From contig KZ538367.1 in assembly GCA_000934665.2 (NCBI GenBank), positions 62,001 to 84,306 of the forward strand: a stretch of 22,306 nucleotides of DNA. Direction: 5' to 3'. Below are positions 10,401 through 19,789 of the stretch, piece after piece. Under the pieces are notes generated by a model. That model saw only the letters and a program-made list of their open reading frames with translations. It did no database searches and had not been told where the DNA came from. Made by a program: the position numbers and the translations under genes. Numbering within the stretch: position 1 is the stretch's first letter; the number at the start of each line of letters is the position of its first letter. Origin of the DNA: Catajapyx aquilonaris (lineage: Eukaryota).

Positions 10401-13124
10401 CAGAGGATGTTCTTCAGTGAAGTTAGTTGCTCTTATGTTTCAATTTCAGCCCCCTGGGTCTGGCAGCTTGTTCGGACAGACAAGCAGCTCAGTGCAACAG
10501 CAGCAGCCACCCCAGAGACGACCCATCACAGGCAACAACCACTTCCCCAACAACATCTCCAGGCAGCAGCAACAGCAGCAGCAACAACAGTCACTTTTCC
10601 TCCCGAGCAAATCTGGGTATTCCTCGTGGAGTGGAGGAAGCAACAGCAACAGTGTAGGGGGTGGTGGAGGGAGCGGCGGTTGGGGGGGAAGCTGCAACGT
10701 CACCCAGCCACAGTCTGCCCCCGTTGGAGGGGGTGGACCATGGGGGCGGACTGGAGGTAGAACCCCTGGTGGTGGAGTTGGGGGAAGTGCAAGCCCAGGG
10801 GCCGGGAGCGGGTTGGGAGGGCTTGGATCAGGGATGCTTGGAGGAAGGAAGCCCAACAGTGGAGGAGGAGGAGGGAGTCAGGCAGCTGCAGTGGCTGCTG
10901 CGGCAGCGGCGGCGGCAGCAGCAGCGGCTCTCAACCACCATCACCACCACCACCCTCATCATCATCCAGGAGGAGGGGGCGGAGGAGGAGGAGGAGGTGC
11001 GCACCACCAGCAGCACCACCCACACCACCCCCAGGCCCTCCACCCAGGGCACGCGGCAGCGGCTGCGGCTGCTGCGGCAGCTGCCCACCAAGGGATGCTG
11101 GTCTCTCCCTCAAAGTTCAGGCGATCCACCTCCTACCCGGGAAAGCAGCCCGCCTTTCACCCAGGGGCTGCTCCGCCACCAGCCTTTGAGGTCACTGCCA
11201 TAGATGACCTTGGGAGGGATGCGCTTCTCTCATACCAGGTCTGTCTCTCTTCTGTTGTTTTGCATGCAACCTTACTGGTGACAGCTGTTGCTTTGACTGA
11301 AATAGTATTGGCAGGTGTAATGCGCACATCTTGTGAGCACCAGAAGGCCTCGTTGACATTTTGTCGCGTTATTTAATTTCACTGGTGACAGGGAAGAAGT
11401 GGTTCAGCATTTGGAAATACACAGGGCATTCCAGTTGGAATGTTCATTTTAGTTCGTGTTTATTGTTTATTTTATTTTTGCACTAAGCTACTTGTTTTTG
11501 TTTTTTAATTTGCATCCTTTTAGTGTTTATCAAAAGTGCGCAGATTCCCCAGGGCTTGTGGCCTGCAAAAGAGTGGCATTTAATGCGAATTGTTCTAATG
11601 GGCTATTTTCAATTGGAAAGTCATTGCAGTTCAGAGCTTGGTTGGATTATTATTCAATTTGACCTGATTAGCTTATGCTCTAGATTTGTTCCAAGTAACG
11701 GCATAAAAACAAGCAGCATAGTGCCAAGCAGTTGCTAACTAAAGGGGTCATTTCAATAATTGGAATACCCTGTAGGTGTTAATTTGTTTCAAGGTCATCA
11801 TGTAGACTCATTTAATTAGGATGTTGGGGTTGCTTCCAAATTTTAAGGGGCAGTGGGCCATTCATTCAATGCGAGAAACATGGGTGACCTGGACGCTGAT
11901 TGACAGAGTAATTAAGATGGCTCCCAGTGAGGGTGCCACTAGAGACCAAACCCATTCCAATGGGCCACCACACATTATGTCAACACTAGCAGGTGGCTTC
12001 ATTGTTGCCTTGCTTTACTGCCCCAAAAAATCACGATGTATAGTCAGCAGGATAACGCTAGGAAATGAGACAATCTGCATAAATCTGTTTGACTCTGTCG
12101 TGAAAATTCTTGGTGTAAAGTGTGCAGAATGGCTTGAATGTAAAGAGATACCTACGATTGTGAAAAGGTGATAATCATGCATCGATGCAGGGGGTCAAAA
12201 TACCAAGATTTTTTTTTCTTTGTAACTTTCGTGGAGTGCAAGTGTTTGGAGGAATTTGATACAACATTAATTTTTGTAGCTATGGTAGCTGAAGCACAGT
12301 TCATAATAGATGTGCATTTGTTTTAGAAGGGACTAAACCAGATTAAACAATAAGTTTTGTATTATGCAAAGATGTCTGTTAAAACATTGGGCAAACTTGT
12401 GAATATCATTCGTGTAAATTTTTGTAAACGATATGCAACTAAAATATTGGCCCGACAGTTTCTAGATAAAATTAAATGTTTCGACCCCCTGCATCTTAGT
12501 TGATTGCCATTCTTGTGTCGTTTTCCTCTTTTTTCCACTCACACTGTTATGCAACTTTTCCACCAAAATCCTAAATGTGTCTGGAGCCAAATATAGTATC
12601 CTACAGATTTCCTGTCTTACTTGAGCATTCTTTTAACCGTGCTTGTCCAGAATTCCGAGTGCCAAGAAGTTAGTTTATATAAATTGTGCCAGGTGTGTTT
12701 GGCAGCTGTTTTGATGTTTGCGTCTAGAGGATTCAACCATGCGTCAGTTTTGGACAGAGCGTTACTGTAGTTATCCCTACCGGGTGTGCAGTATATATAT
12801 GAGCTTTGCACAAACATATCCTGGTGCTACCCAAATCCTCAGCACCCTATCAAGGTGAATATTTTTCCACGTTCCCAGCAGTTACCTTTCTAGCTTACAG
12901 ATAGTTTTATGGCGCCAGGATACAATATATTGTCAATAGCAGTTTATTTTTGACATTGAATGCTTCTCATGTAATTAATGTGGCACAACAAAGGCGTAGT
13001 TAAACAGGCATGGTTGACATTATTACCTAGCTCTTTCTGCTAGTTTTCCTGCATTAGTTTCAAGGGCAGTTGTATACACACGAGGATGCCAAAGGCAGTA
13101 GTGAAGCTAGAATCATGAAAAGTG

Positions 13125-13204
<80 letters not shown>

Positions 13205-16200
13205 ATGTCTGCAAAACTGCTACGACCATTATATGCACCTCCCAATCAGACAGCGAAGGCAAATGCGGCGGAAGGCAAGCCATGCATGTTATGGAAATAC
13301 AATGGGCGAGGGAGTGGGCCTTTATAAGTCTGGAGTACGATAGGGTCTCTGATGGAGAGTTGTGCAGCCCCTGGAGGGGGCCAGAGGGAGAGAAATGCGA
13401 AAATATTTGGCGAAACGCATGCTCCATCGTGCCATGTTGACGGGTTGCTGTGACCTGTAATGCGAAGGAGTGGACAAGTCGCCGCCTGTTGTTCCCAAAT
13501 AATTCACCGTGGACCGCACGTGCCTTTTCCCATTTTCTTACGAGGCTGACCGTCGTCGTGTTGAGTGGTCAGGAGCAGAGGTGTGAAGATGTCGAGGGTT
13601 GCGTCAATAAGGGAACACTGTATACGACTCCACAAAGCCCGGCCATTTATCGGTGTTTATAATTGAACTATTATAGGGTTGTCCGCTGGCGATATTTTTT
13701 AACTTTCCTCGAGCTTCCCATCTCAGACAAGAAAATTTGAACTCCCTTCCGGGATTTTTTTTTCTTTATTTTTTTTAAGAAACGTATTGTCTGAGAAAAC
13801 AGGAAAAGAAGACTCGTTTTGTTGTTGCGCCACCGCCGTCATATTTGGAAACCTTCTGAAGGATTGATAGGTGGAAGTTTTTTGAGCGACTCCTGAGGGA
13901 ACCTCTTGCAAGAATGCAGTTTCCAACATTTTTAGACATTCGTGGTCGATTTTACGAGGTCCAGACTTTCGATGCTAAAAGTGAGGTGAAAGCATGTCGA
14001 CTGGGGAAGTGGAAACTTGAATAATTATTGGAAAGAGGTTCCCTGAGTCTATATAGCTGTTATAATATGCAACCTTTCCATTACAATAATTATTTAATTA
14101 TTGTAATGGAAAGGTTGCATTTTAGTTTCCAATGTCAGGTGGGGACAGGTGGATATCGGGAGCGTTCTCAATATGATTTTTTATTTTAGTTATGTTACGG
14201 TAATGCTCAATCCAATGCTAGAGGTGCATACACTTAAATGCCCAAGTATTAGGGCTGTTGCTTAATCTCCTGTTGCATGTAGCAAATGATAACGCAATCG
14301 GATCTCTCCCCCCCCCCCCCCNNNNNNNNNNNTTGAAAGGATACACCCGGGCCTTATTTAACGTCAGTGAAAATTAGCCAGTGCTAAACCCTCATTATAA
14401 TGAAGCGCCACCGTTGGATGGAAAGGGACGGAAATGATTTTATTCACTTGTCACACGTTAATTTGAGAACGCCTAAAATCTGAGTTTGATTTGTATACTG
14501 AAAATGACGGGGGCAAATACGGAAAGTCAGAGCTCCGGCGGCCATCATCACACTCTGCTTGGACGTGGTTGTTATTAGTATTTATGGAGCATCTTCTCCT
14601 GAGTCGAGTGCTTCTGGACATGAAATGTTGACGACGCGTGCAGCAGCATCAGTACTACTTACGCAACCTTATTCACGTGTGTCTTTAAAATATTTATTCT
14701 CCCGCCGGCAGTCCCGTAGTGGTTTATGGCTGCTCTCGAGGTGTTTGGTCCTCAGACTCTTGCTTATGCAGCAGGGTGCAGTCCAATTATTTTTTGGGAA
14801 TATTGCATGCCCCACTCGATGGCTGCCCCCGCACAGGACATGTCTCCAAGAGAATGAATGAATGGGCAGTGATTCTGCTTTCCCAAGTCGGACTGCAACT
14901 TCCTTCCTCTAATAGGAGAAGTTCCTCAATAATTTTGGGATGGTCGCAGAGGAGTAGTTGTTGTAGTGGGCCTGCTATACAGTTGTGGGGTTGGGAGTTG
15001 CATCAGCAGAAGCCCTGGTGTGTATATGTACAGTAGGTGTGGGGGTACTGGTATATAGAGGGGAGAGGGATGTGCGGATGCATATTGTAACAGGTGCGCA
15101 TGATGATGATGATGATAATGCAGGGCGGTCGGGCAGTGTTGCCGTACCATGTACGACGTCACCCGATGCATGCCGTGTGTAGGCAATAGATCTCGTCGCA
15201 TTCTGAGCCAGCTCCTTCCCACCCTCCCGCCCTCCTCCTCTCTCTTATCCCAAAGTGCCCAGACCTTGACTCGTATAATCTGCCAAACTGCGTCGTTCAT
15301 CACTTATGTATTTCTTCTCTCTCTCTCCCCCCCCCCCCCCNNNNNNNNNNNNNNNNNNNNNNNNNNNNNNNNNNNNNNNNNNNNNNNNNNNNNNNNNNNN
15401 NNNNNNNNNNNNNNNNNNNNNNNNNNNNNNNNNNNNNNNNNNNNNNNNNNATCCATGCTGGATTATGGCCCCGTACATCTCCCGTGTGTATGCGCTGGAA
15501 ATGCGATATTTAATGCCGGCGGACGCCCACTGTAACCAAAGTGGTCTGTGAGGGACGGATGGATGGATGGATAGAGAGGGCGGGGGCGTTTGCAGGGGCC
15601 GGCTGGCTGCAAGGGAGGCAGGCCAGATCCAGGGTACATACTGTAGGGGTATAGAGAGGGAGGCGAATGGGGGTAACCCAATATGCAAGCTGCCTGCTCT
15701 CTCTCTCTCTCGGGTATCCTACCTGTCCTTGCAAAAAAAAAAGGGGGGGGGGGAGGCTGGACAGCTATTTTCGATACACTATTCTTGTCATGCCTGGAAA
15801 TAATAACATTCACGCCTCCAGACCATCTTCACACGTGCTGCCTTTGAATGGGGGGGAGTGGGGGGAAGGCGCGAACGTAGACCTCCCATGTATGTACAGT
15901 AATCATGCTGCTAGTTCAAGTTGGAAGCGAGAATACCCCGTGGAGACAGACACATGGCCGGTGCATTATACGAGCCAATTGCACGCGGATCAAGCAGTAG
16001 GTGCCAGTACTTCTATACTTGTGTTTCCTTGGCTGCCTCTCAGGGACGTGTCCCACACACTCGCTCGCACACACTGCTCTGTATGTGCTACTAGCGATAC
16101 TCGCGTGTGAGATTAACAGCGGGCGGAATATTATTATGTTAAAAATAAAAAGGACAACCCTGCTGGGGTTGTAACGCGTATTTGACGGGCACTTTTTCGG

Positions 16201-19200
16201 ATTTGTATGGAAGTTGTGCTGGAGCGAGTTTCTCCAGCGGATGGATCGATCTTTTCGCTACCGGGGTGAGAGGGAGGTAGAGGAGGGAGGGGAAGGGGGT
16301 AGCCCTGGAATATCCGGGATACATACCACTCCCACTCACGACCGTATGTACACCCTCCCTCACTCTGCCTTCAGGGGACGGAAAAAAACCCGGTTCAATG
16401 CTGGCAAATAAAATGTCTAGAAATGTAACTGGAGAGACCACCGTCACCCCCTCCGCTTTGACCGGCTTCGACATGTGGGTAGGGTTTTTTTTTCTTCTTC
16501 TTCTTCTTTCTGGCGGGTGGGTCGGTCAGTCGGCCATTACTACAGCACACTGCACATGTACAGGAACCAACCACCGATGTGCTACCTGTTCAGAAAAAGT
16601 TTCAGGCGAATTTTTCCAGCATCAGCACTGGGCTCCCTGGGCTGTGGAGGTGAGGCAGGGAAAAGACACCACCATCTGAGTGATGATGGTTGCATAGCTC
16701 CAGGAGGAGAAACTTTTCTTTCTTTCTTTTTCGCCAGCTGGTATAGGCCTACTTCTAAGAATGGTTGCATGCGGGCAGGAATCGTGATGTGTTGTGTGGA
16801 TTGATGGGCCTGTGTCGTCAGCCAGATAGGCCGAGCACCACGTAACCCAGCAGTCTGAGCCAGCCCGTGTCGATCGGCCGATTATTCCAGTCGATTGCGC
16901 TCCCATGTAACACTCGCTGCAGGTTTTATATAGCCGGCCCCTGCCAACGTCAATATCTGGATGCCACATGTGCCGGGCAACGCTCGTGTGTTTTTGCACC
17001 TCAACCAGCTCAACGGATGCTGCTACTTGGGGACTGAAGGAAAAGCCTGGAATATCCAGTCAGTTGCCCAGCGGCCCTAACACCTTATTGGCAAATAAAA
17101 ATGAACCGTGCAATTCTCAGCAAGGTGGAAGTTTGAGGCTTTATTTGAAGTATAGTCAGACTGATATCATGGCTTTTGTGCAGAGGATGACACGATTCTG
17201 CATAATGGTCGGTTTTCATCCTGCGAGTTGGGCCGCCGGGGCAAGCAGGGGAGGGCATTGGGTGGCCGTGAACAGCCAGGATGAAGAGGGGGGCTCCCCG
17301 GCTCTTCTCTAGATCATTGCGTGCTGGAGTTCCCAAAAGAGGCAGAAGAAGGTCGATTAGTAATCTGGTCCACTTCCTTTTCTGGAATCTGATGGGCAGG
17401 ATTCCCCTCCCTGGATGCTGCTGTCTTTCCCAGCCTGCTGCATGCATTCTGTGGAGAAAACAAAACGGATGGGAGAGCTCTTTTTTTATTTTTTAAAAAA
17501 TGGGGGGGTTCCGGGCGAGGCAGAGTTTTTCTCTGTTCCGGGTTCTCTCGCTGCTTCCCTGCCTAGCTGGCTGGATAGGTTGGTTGGCTGGTTGGCTGGT
17601 TATATGGTGGTGGCCTCTCTCTCCATCCTCCCCTCCCCTCCCTCCCTCCCTCCTCTCTCCAGGCAGTGAAGGGATCCAGTGCTGCTGCTGCCTGGAAAAT
17701 CAATGCTGGCAGCAGCTGGAGAATTCCAGGGCCGTACATGTGTGTGACCCACATTCTGCCTGGAAAATGGGAGCGGGACTCGATGCTATATTGATGGGTA
17801 CCCCCTGTATATGCACACGATGATTATTATCATTGAACCGATAGTGTGCATGTATATATAGAGGAAGTGATTGGTACAGAGAGTAGTAATAATAAAAAGG
17901 GTTGTGCTTGTGCCGAATGAAGTTGACCTTGTGTGACCTCCTCCCCAGCAGGATCGAGGTCTGGGCCCGTCGAACGGCACTAGTCCACTGGACAGCATGC
18001 GCAGCCTGGAACTGTACCTGAACGACATCATGAGGGGGGCCGCCGAGCCGCAGGACCAGCTCAAAGGTAGGGTTCATGCCATGCCCTCTCCTCGTCGACA
18101 TGCCATGCACGAATATGTACTTGGCGTGCTGGTTGAAAGGGTAGGGTGTCAAGTTGGGTGGGAAGGGGGTGAGGCGGCAGGTGGGGAGCACGGCCACACA
18201 CACACACACACTGTATGTGCTGCGTGAGGGTTCCGTCACAGGACTAGTGCAGGGGGCAAATGCTGAGGGATCAATGAATTGGGTAGGGGGGAGGGGGTCA
18301 GTCTGCATGGTTGGGACCCATCCAGATCCCACTATACCCATAGTTCTATACTAATACATAAGTCCATATAACATACCTGCAAATGTGGAGTGACCAATCG
18401 AATCGGCGCAATGACCGACAAAATTGCCGAAATCCAGTCGAATGGTAACAACACCCGTCACACCGGAGCGGGGACCACCGACAGTCAAGAGTTGCCCTTT
18501 TCCCAAATGAAATTATCCCAGGGGATTACTGCAACATTCGCATCAGACTTATTACACATCCTAACAAGCGAACAAAAACTGATACCTAAATCGTGGGCGT
18601 AATCGAGGAATAGTTTCAGGTTTGAACAGATCACGAGATTTGCTTAATTTTTTTGTGATGATTGGTGCTGATGTAATAACAAGAGGGAAGGGAAGATGCA
18701 ACAAAATGTTATATGCTTACATTGGGATAAAGCTTATTTCAACCGAATATGTTGATTTGGGAGATGTTTTTGATGACTCAAAACATCGCAGGGGCAACGA
18801 GTCAAAAACAGATCACGCGCGCAATAAATCAGATTCGTGAGCGAACTGTTACGAACTCATTTCACGTGCGTTTACTATCAAGCATAATATGAGGAAACAA
18901 GATGATATTGGCGCCTTCATGATGCCTGTAATGCGAATAGTTTCAGACAAGTTAATTAAGCTCACGGGCACCGTCTTAAAACTGTGACGCGGCTTATTTG
19001 ATCGGATACTCCAGAAATGCTGAATGGAAGAAGGGCGGAGGTAATTGATGTAGAGTGTAGCCTATACATTCTGGTGTGCGCATCGTTATTGTTGGGATGC
19101 CCCCTTCCAAACTAGCATCGAATGTACACTATATATAGGGAGAGCCAGTGACTGTTATAGTTCTGACTGTTGATATTTCGCTCCTGCTCCTCTCTGCCTC

Positions 19201-19392
19201 TTTTCTAAACTAGTGGACTTGTTATTGTTAACTGCCCAGTTCAATAATTTGGGTCGAAATGTGTAACGAGCTTGGGCGTGTAAGAGTGATTGGCATTGGG
19301 TTTGACTTGTGCTCTAGATATCTCTATGCTTATATTTCCAGGTTTCCTGAACTGCAACACGAACGCTCTGCACTCTCTCGCCCAGCTACACG
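6974..19392 (+). CDS. orb2: Cytoplasmic polyadenylation element-binding protein, CPEB2/3/4 (Orb2) subfamily; partial, 3' exons beyond the window. join(6974..7432,10450..11238,17949..18066,19342..19392)
   Basis: Motifs recalled from the CPEB2-4/Orb2 N-terminal region: VNGTLPFQNFP, QRRPITGNNHFP, SKFRRSTSYP, and SMRSLELYLNDIMR...LKG (vertebrate MHSLExSLIDIMRAExDxxKG). Q/H/A/G-rich domain. Splice sites are phase-consistent GT-AG. No RRMs are visible, so the call rests on N-terminal motifs and gene context. Confidence 0.85.
9405..9531. mobile_element. 127-bp piggyBac-type MITE with 49-bp TIRs and TTAA target-site duplication
   Basis: TTAA at 9401..9404 and 9532..9535. Termini are CCC...GGG. Arms 9405..9453 and 9483..9531 are reverse complements with 2 mismatches. 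Confidence 0.85.
10080..10180. repeat. About 100-bp fold-back element (30-bp arms with 2 mismatches, plus further internal pairing); possible TA-flanked MITE
   Basis: taagaaatggtaggccttgggtgacatcac versus the reverse complement of gtggcgtcacccaaggcctaccatttctta. Confidence 0.75.
10450..11238 (+). CDS. orb2: CPEB/orb2 second coding exon (263 aa, low-complexity prion-like Q/G/A/H region)
   Basis: Acceptor tcaatttcag|CCC, donor CAG|gtctgt, phase 0/0. Contains QRRPITG and KFRRSTSYP motifs. Confidence 0.88.
12188..12491. mobile_element. Candidate non-autonomous hAT-like element/MITE, about 304 bp
   Basis: Termini CAGGGGGTCAAAA and TTTCGACCCCCTG (1 mismatch; the inverted match extends to 17 bp at 12184/12495). 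AT-rich non-coding interior. The putative 8-bp TSD is poor (catcgatg vs catcttag). Confidence 0.5.
13125..13202. repeat. (ATT)26 microsatellite
   Basis: Directly visible; explains the poly-Ile and poly-Asn ORFs. Confidence 0.95.
14067..14120. repeat. Perfect palindrome, 26-bp arms with a 2-nt spacer
   Basis: atgcaacctttccattacaataatta-tt-taattattgtaatggaaaggttgcat. Confidence 0.9.
14322..14332. other. Assembly gap (N run)
   Basis: Ns following a poly-C run. Confidence 1.
15341..15450. other. Assembly gap (N run)
   Basis: Ns following a poly-C run. Confidence 1.
17949..18066 (+). CDS. orb2: CPEB/orb2 third coding exon ((Q)DRGLGPSNGTSPLDSMRSLELYLNDIMRGAAEPQDQLK-G)
   Basis: Acceptor ctcctccccag|cag|GAT (NAGNAG), donor AAAG|gtaggg (phase 1). 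Conserved MxSLExxLxDIMR motif. Confidence 0.87.
19342..19392 (+). CDS. orb2: CPEB/orb2 51-nt symmetric (phase 1/1) exon, GFLNCNTNALHSLAQLH
   Basis: Acceptor tatatttccag|GT, donor CACG|gtgagt; open in the frame set by the previous exon. Confidence 0.75.
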
Positions 19393-19545
19393 GTGAGTCC
19401 CTTACATATGGATCATCCCATAGCACCTGTGCTCCTCCTCTCCTTTCCTTTTTTTAAATCCTTGCGACTTATTTGCACATTTTCGCTTCCCCCCTCCCCC
19501 CCCCCTCCCCAACTTTCATTGTGCAATTCCTCCTTCTTTTTTTTT

Positions 19546-19789
19546 NNNNNNNNNNNNNNNNNNNNNNNNNNNNNNNNNNNNNNNNNNNNNNNNNNNNNNN
19601 NNNNNNNNNNNNNNNNNNNNNNNNNNNNNNNNNNNNNNNNNNNNNNNNNNNNNNNNNNNNNNNNNNNNNNNNNNNNNNNNNNNNNNNNNNNNNNNNNNNN
19701 NNNNNNNNNNNNNNNNNNNNNNNNNNNNNNNNNNNNNNNNNNNNNNNNNNNNNNNNNNNNNNNNNNNNNNNNNNNNNNNNNNNNNNNNN
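19546..19789. other. Assembly gap (N run)
   Basis: Ns between poly-T and poly-G runs. Confidence 1.

Noticed and set aside
12817..12922. 13-bp inverted repeat tatcctggtgcta / tggcgccaggata
   Set aside because: Too short, 2 mismatches, and no clear TSD.
13113..13427. Poly-Ile and poly-Asn ORFs
   Set aside because: Translations of the (ATT)n microsatellite.
11239..17948. HDV-like self-cleaving ribozyme, as in the corresponding intron of mammalian CPEB3
   Set aside because: I scanned by eye for P3-L3 (T[TC]C[ACT]CG[TC])-P3' cores, e.g. ttcacgt near 14672, ctcccgt near 15479 and ttcacgc near 15809. None has matching P1/P2/P1.1 pairings. An Infernal or RNArobo search would be decisive, and two N gaps are unreadable.
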